A stretch of 32,000 nt of DNA from Geobacter sulfurreducens PCA (GCF_000007985.2 NC_002939.5:2580001-2612000); one strand, 5' to 3'; counted from the stretch's first letter, positions 9,286-18,941 are shown. Notes: a model not told the origin generated them from the sequence alone. Translations and numbers: made by a program.

Positions 9286-11130
9286 ATGAAGCTTGAGTTT
9301 CCCGGAAAATCTGCACGGTGGACCACACCGCTGATCCTCATCAGGGATCTTCATCTGCTGCGCCGGTTCGTCCGAATGCGGCGGGCGGTTTTTTCTCTCC
9401 TCTCCCGGTTTCGGATCAGCGAAAATACGCTCATGGCGATTCTCGCCGTGGGGATCGGCCTGTTGGCGGGACTGTGCAACTACGCCTTCCGCTCGTGCAT
9501 CGACCTGTTCCGGTGGCTCATCATCGACAGCGGCGGGCAGTTGACCGGCTATTCGCCCTATGCCTGGAACGCGAGCCGTCTCTGGGCTATCGCCTTTCCC
9601 ATCACCGGCGCCATCGTCATGTTCCCCCTGTTCATCAAATTCAGGGAAGACATGGCCTTCGGCTTCCCCCGGTTTCTGGAAACGGTCAATCTGCGGGGCG
9701 GGCGACTGCCGCTCAGGCTCATGTTCACCAGGGGGATTTCGTCGGCGCTCACCATCGGCTCCGGCGGCTCCGCCGGCCAGGAAGGCCCCATCGCCCAGAT
9801 CGGCGGCACGGCCGGCTCCGTGGTGGGGCACCTGCTCGGCATGTCGGGAGAGCGTCTCAAGGTCCTCATCGGCTGCGGGGTCTCCGGCGGAGTTGCCGCC
9901 ACCTTCAATGCCCCCCTTGCCGGGGTGTTTTTCGCCCATGAAATCGTCCTTCTCTCCTCCTTCGAGCTCTCTTCCTTCACGAGCATCGTCATCTCGTCCG
10001 GCATGGCCACCGTTGTCTCCCGGGCCATGTATGGCGACATCCCCGCCTTCGACGTGCCCGCCTACCAGCTCGTTCACCCCCTCGAACTTGCCTTCTACGC
10101 CCTGCTCGGGGTGGTGTGCGGCTGCCTCGCGGCCCTCTTCATAACAGGCTACGGGAAAACCAGGGACATGTTCTCGCGCCTCCCTATCAATCCACTGTGG
10201 AAACCTCTTCTGGGCGGGTTTCTCGTCGGCTGCGTCGCGGTTCTTCTGCCCCAGGTCCAGGGCAACGGTTACGAGTTCATCGAAAAAGCCGTTTCCAACG
10301 ACGTGGGGTGGCTCCTTGTCACGCTCCTTATCGTCGGCAAGATGGTCGCCACCTGCGTAACGGTCGGCTCGGGGCTGCCGGGCGGGACCTTTGCGCCGTC
10401 CCTGTTCATCGGTTCGGTCACCGGCATGAGTTTCGGCTTCCTGGCGAACAGCCTCTTCCCGTATCAGACGGCAACGCCGGGCGCCTATGCCCTGGTGGGG
10501 ATGGGCGCGTTCCTCGCATCGGTCACCCACGCGCCCATGACCGGCATCTTCCTGCTCTTCGAGATGACCGGTTCCTACAAGGTCATTGTGCCGATCATGC
10601 TCGCCTGCGCCATCGGCACCGCCGTGGCCCGCCACTTCCACAAAGACGGCATCGATACTGCCGACCTGGCCGCCCAGGGGATCGACCTGCGGGCCGGGCG
10701 AGAACAGAGGGTCCTGGAGCGAATCCGGGTCAAGGGGGTCATGATGCGCGACCCGGAGATACTCCCGGAAACCATGACCATCCGCCAGTTCCTGGCCCGC
10801 AGCCATTCGCCGCGCCAGACCACCTTCCCCGTCGTCACTGGCGGGGGAGAGCTTTCCGGGGTCGTGGTCATCCATGACTTCCTGGGGATCGCGTTCGAGC
10901 AGGAGCTTCTCGACCAGGTCACCTTGGGCGAAATGGCCGCCGTGGACATTTTGACCGTCACCAGCGAAGACACTCTGGCGAAAGCACTCCAGATCTTCGA
11001 GCGCACGCCCCTGGACGAGCTTCCCGTTGTGGAGCCCGGCGGACAAAGGCGGGTGGTCGGCATTCTCACCCGCCACGCCATTACCGGTGCGTACAACAGG
11101 GCAATGGTGACACAATCGCTCAAGGAGTGA
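9286..11130 (+). CDS. ClC-family voltage-gated chloride channel / H+-Cl- antiporter with a C-terminal CBS-domain pair
   Basis: ClC signature segments are present: GSGGSAGQEGP, GCGVSGGVAATFNAPLAGVFFAHE, GLPGGTFAPSLFIG. Two CBS-like modules follow (VKGVMMRDPEILPETMTI..., VDILTVTSEDTLAKALQIFERTPLDELPVVE). The start is uncertain. I chose the ATG at 9286 (GGAG 12 nt upstream); the ATG at 9376 is an alternative. Confidence 0.85.
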   Translation: MKLEFPGKSARWTTPLILIRDLHLLRRFVRMRRAVFSLLSRFRISENTLMAILAVGIGLLAGLCNYAFRSCIDLFRWLIIDSGGQLTGYSPYAWNASRLWAIAFPITGAIVMFPLFIKFREDMAFGFPRFLETVNLRGGRLPLRLMFTRGISSALTIGSGGSAGQEGPIAQIGGTAGSVVGHLLGMSGERLKVLIGCGVSGGVAATFNAPLAGVFFAHEIVLLSSFELSSFTSIVISSGMATVVSRAMYGDIPAFDVPAYQLVHPLELAFYALLGVVCGCLAALFITGYGKTRDMFSRLPINPLWKPLLGGFLVGCVAVLLPQVQGNGYEFIEKAVSNDVGWLLVTLLIVGKMVATCVTVGSGLPGGTFAPSLFIGSVTGMSFGFLANSLFPYQTATPGAYALVGMGAFLASVTHAPMTGIFLLFEMTGSYKVIVPIMLACAIGTAVARHFHKDGIDTADLAAQGIDLRAGREQRVLERIRVKGVMMRDPEILPETMTIRQFLARSHSPRQTTFPVVTGGGELSGVVVIHDFLGIAFEQELLDQVTLGEMAAVDILTVTSEDTLAKALQIFERTPLDELPVVEPGGQRRVVGILTRHAITGAYNRAMVTQSLKE

Positions 11131-11297
11131 ACACGGACCAATCCACAGACATTATCAATGTCTCAACTAATTGTCTCGTTTAGCTGGTACAGGGGGCAAT
11201 GGTGAGGCATTGTGGCTGCCGGCATGGCGCGACGCGGAAACGGGACGCCGCGGCCTGCCGGAGAACGTGTCGGGAAGTGTGGTGATGAAGGAAGGGC

Positions 11298-11684
11298 TCA
11301 CGCCCCTTCCTCTTCGGCACAGGTCGCTGCAGCAGCTTCGCAGCGATGGTAATCGTCATCGAAACGAATGATGTCGTCCTCCCCCAGGTATTCCCCACTC
11401 TGCACCTCGATGATGACGAGGGGTATCTTGCCCGGGTTTTCCAACCGGTGATTGCGACCGATGGGGATAAAGGTGGATTCGTTCACGTTCACCGTGTATT
11501 CATCGTCGCCGCAGGTAACCCGGGCCGTTCCGGAAACCACGATCCAGTGCTCGCTCCGGTGATGGTGCATCTGCAGCGACAGCCGCTGCCCCGGCTTCAC
11601 CTCGATCCGCTTGATCTTGTAGTTCTTGTTCTCCTCGAGAACGGTGTATGTGCCCCAAGGACGTTCGCCGCGCTCCAGTTCCAT
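11298..11684 (-). CDS. Stand-alone cupin resembling the type II phosphomannose isomerase C-terminal domain (128 aa)
   Basis: RPWGTYTVLEENKNYKIKRIEVKPGQRLSLQMHHHRSEHWIVVSGTARV...IPIGRNHRLENPGKIPLVIIEVQSGEYLGEDDIIRFDDDY matches the ManC/PMI cupin pattern. GGAGG lies 9 nt upstream of the ATG at 11682-11684. Confidence 0.8.
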   Translation of the reverse strand: MELERGERPWGTYTVLEENKNYKIKRIEVKPGQRLSLQMHHHRSEHWIVVSGTARVTCGDDEYTVNVNESTFIPIGRNHRLENPGKIPLVIIEVQSGEYLGEDDIIRFDDDYHRCEAAAATCAEEEGA

Positions 11685-11699
11685 CGTCGTGTTCCTCCG

Positions 11700-12542
11700 T
11701 CAGGACAATCCGGCTTCGCGCCGCTTTTCCAAATAGGTGGCAAGTGCCTCGCGCCAGCCTTCCAGTTCGAGCCCCGTGTCCCGGGTCAACTTGTCGCAGC
11801 AGAGAGCCGAATAGAGGGGACGCGGGGCCGGCCGGCCCAGTTGGGCGGTGGTCTGGGGCCGGACGGTCATCTCCACTCCTGCTTCGGCAAAAATGGCGCG
11901 GGCGAAATCGAACCAGGAACAGATCCCCCTGTTGGCCGCATGATAGGTGCCGCGGCAGTTGTTCTCTATCAGTTCGCTGATGGCCAGGGCAAGGTCCACT
12001 GTCCAGGTGGGGGAGCCGATCTGGTCGTCCACCACGGCGATTTCGCTCCGCTCCGTCGACAGGCGCAGCATGGTTTCCACGAAGTTCTTGCCGCCGAGCC
12101 CATAGAGCCACTGGGTCCGGACGATGAGGTGATCGGGGGTTTCACGGGCCTGTTCCTCGCCCATAAGCTTCGATCTGCCGTACACGCTCAGGGGATTGGG
12201 CGGATCATCCTCCAGAAACGGGCTCTCCTTGACGCCGTCGAACACGTAATCGGTGCTCATCTGAACGAGCAGCGCCCCGATCTCGCGGGTCACGGCGGCC
12301 AGGTGCCCCACCCCCTCGCCGTTCACCGCCATGGCAAGGTCCGCGTTGGTCTCGCAGCCGTCCACATCGGTGTAGGCGGCACAGTTCACCACCACCCGCG
12401 GCTTCAGGGTCAGAATGACCCGCCGTACCGATTCCGGCGAGGTAATGTCGATCTCTTCGATATCGACCCCCCGCACGTCCCCCGGCAGCACCCGCATGAG
12501 GTCGCGGCCGAGCATTCCCTTGGCACCGACCACCAGGATCAT
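11700..12542 (-). CDS. rfbD: dTDP-4-dehydrorhamnose reductase
   Basis: MILVVGAKGMLGRDL Rossmann start, then NCAAYTDVDGCE and STDYVFDG motifs typical of RmlD. The start overlaps the rfbB stop by 4 nt (ATGA), which implies translational coupling. Confidence 0.9.
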   Translation of the reverse strand: MILVVGAKGMLGRDLMRVLPGDVRGVDIEEIDITSPESVRRVILTLKPRVVVNCAAYTDVDGCETNADLAMAVNGEGVGHLAAVTREIGALLVQMSTDYVFDGVKESPFLEDDPPNPLSVYGRSKLMGEEQARETPDHLIVRTQWLYGLGGKNFVETMLRLSTERSEIAVVDDQIGSPTWTVDLALAISELIENNCRGTYHAANRGICSWFDFARAIFAEAGVEMTVRPQTTAQLGRPAPRPLYSALCCDKLTRDTGLELEGWREALATYLEKRREAGLS

Positions 12543-13615
12543 TGCCCGCCTCCGTACTGTGTTTCGTAGTAATCCCGGTATGAGCCGGACGTCACTTCAT
12601 CCACCCAGGCGCGGTTGGCCAGGTACCAGTCCACGGTTTCGGCAATGCCGCGCTCGAAGGTGTACGAGGGCTCCCATCCCAGCTCCCGCTTGATTTTGGC
12701 AGCGCTGATGGCGTAGCGGCGATCATGGCCGAGACGATCCTTGACAAAGGTGATCAGGCCGCGGCTTTCCCCGCCGGGTCTGCCGAGCCGTTCATCCAGG
12801 AGATCGCAGAGCAGGTGAACGATGTCGATGTTGAACCACTCGTTGTTGCCGCCCACGTTGAAGACCTCGCCCGGCTTGCCACCCTTGAGCACCGTTTCGA
12901 TGGCCGTGGAATGATCCTTCACATGGAGCCAGTCGCGCACGTTGCGGCCGTCGCCGTACACCGGCAGGGGCTTTCCGGCCACGATATTGTGGATCATGAG
13001 CGGGATCAGTTTCTCCGGAAACTGGAAGGGACCGTAGTTGTTGGAGCAGCGGGTGGTCAGGACCGGCAGGCCGAACGTCTCGTTGTAGGCCCGCACCAGC
13101 AGGTCGGAACCGGCCTTGCTCGCCGAGTAGGGGGAGTTGGGGGCCAGGGGGGTCTCCTCGGTGAAGTAGCCCGTTTCCCCCAGTGTCCCGTACACCTCGT
13201 CGGTCGAAACATGCAGGAAGCGGAAGCGCTCGATCGCGCCCGATTCCCAGTGCCGGCGGCTTTCCTCCAGGAGCACCTGGGTGCCGAGGACGTTGGTTCT
13301 CACGAAAATTTCCGGTCCCAGGATGGAGCGGTCCACGTGGGATTCGGCGGCAAAGTGGACAACCGCGTCGATCCGCTCTTCGGCCAGGATGCGCCGGACG
13401 AGGTCGGCATCGCCGATGTCGCCCTTAACGAAGCGGTAGGCCGGGTTCTGCTCCACGGCTGTCAAATTGCGCAGATTGCCGGCATAGGTGAGGATATCCA
13501 GATTGATCACCCGGCAACCGGGGTTCGCCGGCAGGAAGTGATTAATGAAATTGGAGCCGATGAAGCCGGCGCCGCCGGTCACGAGCACGGCGGAAGGGGA
13601 AAAGGTGTCACCCAT
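12539..13615 (-). CDS. rfbB: dTDP-glucose 4,6-dehydratase
   Basis: VLVTGGAGFIGSNF, HFAAESHVDRS, STDEVYG and YSASKAGSDLLVRAY motifs. I chose the ATG at 13613-13615 (MGDTF) because AGGAGG lies 5 nt upstream. The ORF-track start at 13687 overlaps the end of lptD and is unsupported. Confidence 0.92.
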   Translation of the reverse strand: MGDTFSPSAVLVTGGAGFIGSNFINHFLPANPGCRVINLDILTYAGNLRNLTAVEQNPAYRFVKGDIGDADLVRRILAEERIDAVVHFAAESHVDRSILGPEIFVRTNVLGTQVLLEESRRHWESGAIERFRFLHVSTDEVYGTLGETGYFTEETPLAPNSPYSASKAGSDLLVRAYNETFGLPVLTTRCSNNYGPFQFPEKLIPLMIHNIVAGKPLPVYGDGRNVRDWLHVKDHSTAIETVLKGGKPGEVFNVGGNNEWFNIDIVHLLCDLLDERLGRPGGESRGLITFVKDRLGHDRRYAISAAKIKRELGWEPSYTFERGIAETVDWYLANRAWVDEVTSGSYRDYYETQYGGGQ

Positions 13616-13631
13616 GACAACCTCCTGAGAA

Positions 13632-15704
13632 TTAGAATGCCCGTATCTTGCCCACTGAACCGATACCGGCCAGGGCAAAGGTAACAAAGAATTCGTTGGT
13701 ATCGGGCCGGTCGCGGTAGGAAAAGCTCACGCTCCAGCACTGGTGCCGGTACTCCAGCGAATAGAAGGACTCGAGGGTCCCCTTGCGATCAAAGGAGTAG
13801 CGGTTGGCGTAATTAACGAACACCGGTGCGAAAAGGGCCAGCGAGGTCCTCGCCTCCAGATATTCCACCTCGTCCCGGGCGTGGCGATACAGAATGGAGG
13901 CCGTATTGCCCTTTTCATCGCGGGCGTCGGCCGACACAGCCACCGTGGAAAGGATCGTGCGGTAGGGATTATAGCGAACGTCAGTGGATAACGACACCAG
14001 CCGGTGAGGGTGCACCGTGGCCTCCACCTGCACGTCGGTGAAGTGCCGCTTCTCATCCACCAGGGTGAGGAGATCGCGGCGGGTACCGCTGAACTCATAG
14101 CCCTGGGCGATGCGGAGATAGAGGAGGTCCCGGTACTCGGGCGGCCCGTCGCCCCGGTTGAATCGGCCGGTCACGTAATTGGTAAGGGAGTAGACGACCC
14201 GGTTTTCATGCACGATGCGGTCGTTGTAATCGAAGAACGGCAGCGATTCCTGGTCCCGGTCCTGCACATAATTGTAACTGACCTCGGGAACCATCACGTG
14301 GCGAACCCGGGGCATGGAAGCACTGCCCGTTTCGAACACTCGCGAGAGCGTTGAGGAAAGCGAGGTTCCTGCCGAAAAAAGCCCCGACCCGCGGATACCT
14401 TCACCGCTCTCAACGCCGTGAGCGTAGTAGAGACGCTGGCGGTAGCCGACCCAGGCGGCGGTCTCCAGGGGACCGAACGGCTTTGCGTACCCCGTGAGCA
14501 TGGGGGAGATATCGAGTCGCTGCCCCTTGATCCCTTCTCTCCGATAGAAGTTGATGAAATTGGAATCAAACGAGAAGAAGACCGGGGTTTCCCACAGCCG
14601 CTGGCGGATGCCCGTCAGGGTTATGGTGGGGAGCTTCTGGAGAGTTTTGCGGTTGTCGGGGACCTCTTCCCGCAGGTCCTGCACGTAGCGGAACTCGCCG
14701 GAAAGGATGTGGCGATCAAAATACTTGGTGGCCGAAAGGGTGGTTTCCAGCTGGCTCTGGTTGTAAACCCCGCTCTCTTCGGCGTAGTCCCGGTAGAAGT
14801 TCCGGTCGGCCACCAGGTTGATGTCGGACTTCAGGTTGAACGTATCCGAAACGATCTCCTGATGCCGCTGGGAGAGATCGCCCCGGAAGCGCTGCTGCTC
14901 GGTATCGTAGATGACAAAGCCCCGCAGGTTTCCCTCGCTGCCCCGCTTCCGGATGTAGCGGTAATCCACGCCGAGCCCCGTTCCGCGCTTGGTCAGGATG
15001 TCAACATTGAAGGTCGCGTCCTGGCTGGGGCTGATGGCCCAGTAGTAGGCCAGATCGAGCATGAAACCCTTTTTGCTTGAGTTGCCGGTGCGGGGCGTCA
15101 GCAGGCCCGACTGCCGTTCGCGTTTCACGGGATAGATGAGGTAGGGAAAGTAGAGGATCGGAATATCCTTGACGAGAAACAGGGCGTGCTTGCCGGTGGC
15201 GTAGCCTTCGGTATTCACGTCGATTTCGGAAGCGGAAAACTTCCAGCTGGGATTGTCCCCGTCACAGGTGGTGAAGGACCCCCGCTCCAGGCGATACGCG
15301 TCGGGGCCCTTCTTTTCCATTTGCTTCGCCCGCAGGTGGAAGTTGCCCTTGGGCATGAAGGCCGCACCGTTCTCCACCACGCCGGTGTCGGTTCGGTAGT
15401 TGAGCCGGATCCGGTCCGCGCGCAGGGTATCGCCGTCGCGCATGAGGATCACGTTCCCCCGGGCCTCAGCCTCCTCCTTGTCTCCGAACAGGAACGCCTG
15501 GTCCGAGAGGAGCGTCATTCCCCTCCCCCTGATCCGCACGTTGCCGCTCGCCTCAACCGTGTCGCCGGCAGCCTCATGGGTCAGGGTGTCGGCATCGAGA
15601 TAGAACGGCTCCTCGCCCCCGTCTGCACCCCTGGCCGTGTAGGGCGGGGCCAGGAGCAGCGCGAGAACGATGCCTCCAACTATGCGGATGGGATTCAATG
15701 GCAT
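13632..15704 (-). CDS. lptD: LPS-assembly outer-membrane protein LptD (OstA family)
   Basis: A signal-peptide-like N-terminus (IRIVGGIVLALLLAPPYTARGADG) is followed by an OstA_N-like repeat (ASGNVRIRGRGMTLLSDQAFLF...ARGNVILMRDGDTLRADRIRLNYRT). The large beta-barrel region is rich in Y/F/R alternation and ends in F. The track start at 15737 is a GTG, so I chose the ATG at 15702-15704. The SD is weak and the start is uncertain. Confidence 0.85.
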   Translation of the reverse strand: MPLNPIRIVGGIVLALLLAPPYTARGADGGEEPFYLDADTLTHEAAGDTVEASGNVRIRGRGMTLLSDQAFLFGDKEEAEARGNVILMRDGDTLRADRIRLNYRTDTGVVENGAAFMPKGNFHLRAKQMEKKGPDAYRLERGSFTTCDGDNPSWKFSASEIDVNTEGYATGKHALFLVKDIPILYFPYLIYPVKRERQSGLLTPRTGNSSKKGFMLDLAYYWAISPSQDATFNVDILTKRGTGLGVDYRYIRKRGSEGNLRGFVIYDTEQQRFRGDLSQRHQEIVSDTFNLKSDINLVADRNFYRDYAEESGVYNQSQLETTLSATKYFDRHILSGEFRYVQDLREEVPDNRKTLQKLPTITLTGIRQRLWETPVFFSFDSNFINFYRREGIKGQRLDISPMLTGYAKPFGPLETAAWVGYRQRLYYAHGVESGEGIRGSGLFSAGTSLSSTLSRVFETGSASMPRVRHVMVPEVSYNYVQDRDQESLPFFDYNDRIVHENRVVYSLTNYVTGRFNRGDGPPEYRDLLYLRIAQGYEFSGTRRDLLTLVDEKRHFTDVQVEATVHPHRLVSLSTDVRYNPYRTILSTVAVSADARDEKGNTASILYRHARDEVEYLEARTSLALFAPVFVNYANRYSFDRKGTLESFYSLEYRHQCWSVSFSYRDRPDTNEFFVTFALAGIGSVGKIRAF

Positions 15705-15761
15705 GGACGGTTTCCGTGTCCGGGTCGTTAGCTGCACATCAGCGGCATGCCCGGTTGTCGG

Positions 15762-17036
15762 TCAGCCGCGAAACGGCTCGTATTGCTGCGAAAGAAGAAT
15801 CGCCCGGGCCTCTCCCACCGTGAAGAGGGAACCGCAGACGAGAATGAGATCCTGCTCGCCGGCCCGCTGCCGGGCGAGGGCGAGCCCCTCGGCGACGGTG
15901 CCGCCGGCAACGGCATTCAGCCCCTTCTCCCGGCACAGCTCGGCGAGCCGGCCGGCATCAAGGCCCCGTTCCACCGCCGGAGTGACCGCCACCACCTCAT
16001 GGGCCAGGGGCAGAACAGGTGCGAGAATCCCCGCCGCATCCTTGTCCGCCATGACGCCGGTCACCACGATCAGACGCCGTCGGGGATAGTCGGCCAGCGA
16101 CTCGGCGAGCGCCCGGGCGCCGTCGGGATTGTGGGCGCCGTCCAGCAGCACCCGCGGCGCGCCGGAGAAGAGTTCCATCCTGCCGGGCCAGCGGGCCGCG
16201 TCAATGCCTGCCCGCAACGCGGGGGAATCGAGGCGGAAGCCGTTGTCGGCCAGGATTTCCGCGGCGGCCAGGGCCGTGGCTGCGTTCGCCAGCTGATAGC
16301 GGCCGCCGATGCCGGGCCGCAGGCCGGCGAGCTGCCGCGACAGCCCGTCATAGGCAAGGGACGATTCGTCCCACGCGGCGGAAAAATCAGCACCGAAGCA
16401 TACCAGGGGGGCCCCCAGGATGCGACCGCGCTCAATGAAGACGTCACGGGCTTCAGCCGGCTGCCGGGAGAGGACCACAGGCCGTCCGGCCCTGATGAGT
16501 CCGGCCTTCTCCCGGGCGATGGCCGGGATGGTCTCGCCCAGCCACTCGCAATGATCGAGGGCAACGGGAGCGATGACCGTCAGGATTCCCGTGGCAGCGC
16601 TCGTGGCATCGGCGCCGCCCCCCATTCCCGCCTCGAGAATGGCTGCGTCAACCCCTTCCTCGACGAAATGGAGCAGCGCCATGGCCGTCACCACCTCGAA
16701 AAAGGTGGTGCCCTCCGGCGCGCTCGCCAGGACCTGCCCGGCCACGCGTGCGGCGGCCTCCTCGGCGATCTCCGTGCCGTTGATCCTGAACCGTTCGGTG
16801 AAGCGGGTAAGATGGGGAGAGGTGAAAAGTCCTGCCCGGTATCCCCCTTCCGCCAGAATGGAGGCCAGAAAGGCGGCCGTTGACCCCTTGCCATTGGTCC
16901 CGGCCACATGAACGACCCTGAGCCGCTCCTGGGGGTTACCGAGCCGCTGGAGGAGAGTGGCGATCCGTTCGAGTCCCGGCCTGATGCCGAAGCGCCGCAG
17001 ACCGTAGATATGTGCCAGGATCTCCCCGTAGGTCAT
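15762..17036 (-). CDS. folC: Bifunctional folylpolyglutamate synthase / dihydrofolate synthase
   Basis: Mur-ligase P-loop VHVAGTNGKGSTAAFLASIL, then SPHLTRFTERFRING, and a C-terminal Mur-ligase domain. ATG at 17034-17036. Confidence 0.9.
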   Translation of the reverse strand: MTYGEILAHIYGLRRFGIRPGLERIATLLQRLGNPQERLRVVHVAGTNGKGSTAAFLASILAEGGYRAGLFTSPHLTRFTERFRINGTEIAEEAAARVAGQVLASAPEGTTFFEVVTAMALLHFVEEGVDAAILEAGMGGGADATSAATGILTVIAPVALDHCEWLGETIPAIAREKAGLIRAGRPVVLSRQPAEARDVFIERGRILGAPLVCFGADFSAAWDESSLAYDGLSRQLAGLRPGIGGRYQLANAATALAAAEILADNGFRLDSPALRAGIDAARWPGRMELFSGAPRVLLDGAHNPDGARALAESLADYPRRRLIVVTGVMADKDAAGILAPVLPLAHEVVAVTPAVERGLDAGRLAELCREKGLNAVAGGTVAEGLALARQRAGEQDLILVCGSLFTVGEARAILLSQQYEPFRG

Positions 17037-17047
17037 GGCTGGCCGGA

Positions 17048-17076
17048 ATTATAGGAAATGAAAGGGTAAATGTCCA
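17048..17076 (-). promoter_or_regulatory. Candidate near-consensus sigma70 promoter for folC, implying a very short or absent leader
   Basis: The minus strand reads TGGACA (17071-17076), 17 nt, TATAAT (17048-17053). Only 11 nt (tccggccagcc, no SD) separate the -10 hexamer from the folC ATG. Confidence 0.4.
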
Positions 17077-17094
17077 CTGATTTGACCCGGCACG

Positions 17095-17123
17095 AAAAAG
17101 GGGCCGGTCAACGAACCGGCCCC
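17095..17123 (-). terminator. Intrinsic terminator downstream of accD
   Basis: The minus strand reads GGGGCCGGT-tcgttg-ACCGGCCCC followed by TTTTT. It is a 9-bp perfect GC-rich stem located 28 nt after the accD stop. Confidence 0.8.
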
Positions 17124-17150
17124 TTCGTGCAGATCCCGGGGTAAGAGGAT

Positions 17151-17993
17151 TCAGCCGCGATACAGCATGGAAAGTATCCGGGCGAGGCTCGCCCGCATAT
17201 CCTTGCGCTCCACGATGACGTCGACCATGCCATGGTCCAGGAGATACTCGGCCCGCTGGAACCCTTCGGGGAGCTTCTGGCGGATGGTCTGCTCGATGAC
17301 CCGCGGGCCGGCGAAACCGATGAGTGCCTTGGGCTCGGCCATATTGATGTCGCCGAGCATGGAGAAGCTGGCGGTCACCCCGCCGGTGGTCGGATCGGTC
17401 AGGATGGAAATATAGGGAAGCCCCAACTCCTTGAGCTTGGCCAGGGCCGCCGAGGTCTTGGCCATCTGCATCAGGGACAGGATGCTTTCCTGCATCCGCG
17501 CCCCACCCGACGCAGAGATGATGATGACCGGGGTCCGCTTCTCGATCCCCCGCTCGATGGCGCGGGTGATCTTCTCGCCCACCACGCTCCCCATGCTCCC
17601 CCCCATGAAGGAGAAGTCGAAGACTGCCATCTGGACCGGGATACCCTCGATGGCGCCCTCGCCGCAGATCACCGCGTCGCGCGATCCCCCCTTGGCAACC
17701 GCCTGCTGGATCCGATCCTTGTAGCTCTTGGAGTCCTTGAAATCAAGGACATCCACCGAGGTCATGGCAGCATCGTATTCCGTGAAGCTCCCGGGGTCCA
17801 GGAGCAGATCGATTCTCTGGCGGGCCGAGATCCGGTAATGGTGTCCGCACTTGGGGCAGACATTGATGTTCTTCTCCAGGTCTTTGGTCAGAAGGTTTTC
17901 CTTGCAGCTCACGCACTTGGTCAGGAGCCCCTCGGGAACCTTCACCTTCTTGTCAGCCGCGCCCGGCGCCTTGTCGCGTTTGAACCACGCCAT
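17151..17993 (-). CDS. accD: Acetyl-CoA carboxylase carboxyltransferase beta subunit
   Basis: MAWFKR start, a C4 zinc ribbon (CVSCKENL...CPKCGHHYR), and a carboxyltransferase core ([31 protein letters not shown]). The ATG at 17991-17993 has GGAG 7 nt upstream. The track start at 18059 adds 22 unsupported residues. Confidence 0.92.
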   Translation of the reverse strand: MAWFKRDKAPGAADKKVKVPEGLLTKCVSCKENLLTKDLEKNINVCPKCGHHYRISARQRIDLLLDPGSFTEYDAAMTSVDVLDFKDSKSYKDRIQQAVAKGGSRDAVICGEGAIEGIPVQMAVFDFSFMGGSMGSVVGEKITRAIERGIEKRTPVIIISASGGARMQESILSLMQMAKTSAALAKLKELGLPYISILTDPTTGGVTASFSMLGDINMAEPKALIGFAGPRVIEQTIRQKLPEGFQRAEYLLDHGMVDVIVERKDMRASLARILSMLYRG

Positions 17994-18074
17994 GTCGTCA
18001 CTCCGTCGGGACGTTCGCATCCCGGATTTTTTAGTAAAATTGAAAAGTTTTATTACCAAAAAAGTCAGCTAAAG

Positions 18075-18869
18075 TCAATTTCCGATCGCTTCGCGCAGCG
18101 CGGAAACGAAGGTTGCGACCTCACGCCCGAGCTCGGCGGCCGTGAAACGCTCGAACAATTTTACAATGGCGCTCCCCACGACCACGCCGTCGGCCGAGGC
18201 GGCCACCTGGGCAGCCTGGTCAGGCGTCGAGATGCCGAAGCCGACCACGACCGGCACGGTGATCGCCTCGCGAATGGCGGCCACGTTGGAGGAAACGGAC
18301 GCCTCCACGCCGCTCCGCGCGCCGGTCACGCCGGTCACCGACACATAGTAGACGAACCCGCGGGCCTGCCGCGCCACTTTCCGGATGCGCCCTTCGTCGG
18401 AGGTGGGGGTGAGAAGGAAGATAACATCGAGCCCGTGGCGGTCGGCACATGCCTTGAACTCGGCCGCCTCCTCCGGGGGAAGGTCAACCAGGAGCACGCC
18501 GTCGACCCCCGCGGCCGAGGCATCCGCCGCAAAGCGCTCAAGGCCGTGGATCAGAATCGGATTGTAGTAGCCCATGAGCACGATGGGCACCTGGCAGCGG
18601 GTACGGACCCGGCGCACCATGTCGAGGATCTTCGGCAGGGTCGTCCCCGCAGCAAGGGCCCGCTCGGAAGAAAGCTGGATGGTGGGGCCGTCGGCCATTG
18701 GATCCGAAAAGGGAACGCCAAGTTCCACGATGTCGGCGCCGCTTTCAGCCAGAAGCGGAATCAGCGCTTCCGTGGCGGCCAGGTCCGGGTCACCGGCGGT
18801 GATGAAGGTAACGAGGGCCTTGCGGCTGTTGTGCTTCAATTCGGCAAATGTGCCGGCAATTCTGCTCAT
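18075..18869 (-). CDS. trpA: Tryptophan synthase alpha chain
   Basis: The motifs [37 protein letters not shown] and GFGISTP are classical TrpA signatures. Confidence 0.93.
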   Translation of the reverse strand: MSRIAGTFAELKHNSRKALVTFITAGDPDLAATEALIPLLAESGADIVELGVPFSDPMADGPTIQLSSERALAAGTTLPKILDMVRRVRTRCQVPIVLMGYYNPILIHGLERFAADASAAGVDGVLLVDLPPEEAAEFKACADRHGLDVIFLLTPTSDEGRIRKVARQARGFVYYVSVTGVTGARSGVEASVSSNVAAIREAITVPVVVGFGISTPDQAAQVAASADGVVVGSAIVKLFERFTAAELGREVATFVSALREAIGN

Positions 18870-18941
18870 GGGAAACCTTTCGGAATGGTTGCCGGACCGG
18901 GTTTCCAGGTATCGTGCCGATCCCCGGTCCCCGGTCCCGGG

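Noticed and set aside
9211-11115. A 634-aa minus-strand ORF opposite the ClC gene, plus several 150-250-aa ORFs in other frames (9318-9941, 9560-10144, 10116-10877)
   Set aside because: They are antisense to or out of frame with a gene that has unambiguous ClC and CBS motifs. The translations are Arg/Pro/Gly-rich with no motifs.
11289-11311. The hairpin AGGAAGGG-ctcacgc-CCCTTCCT overlapping the stop codon of the cupin gene, considered as a terminator for the convergent clc and cupin genes
   Set aside because: It has no U-tract on either strand, and one pairing option is bulged. I could not find a canonical terminator in 11131-11297, so I left the region unannotated.
11346-13684. Plus-strand ORFs 11346-12569 (407 aa) and 12725-13684 (319 aa)
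   Set aside because: They are antisense shadows of the cupin/rfbD and rfbB genes, which have strong family motifs and coupled starts.
18892-18940. The CCCCGGT-CCCCGGT-CCCGGG tandem and the CCGGACCGGG / CCCGGTCC complementarity between the MCP stop and the trpA start
   Set aside because: The repeat is very short and GC-rich in a GC-rich genome, and it has no U-tract. It could be a weak hairpin, but nothing distinguishes it from chance.
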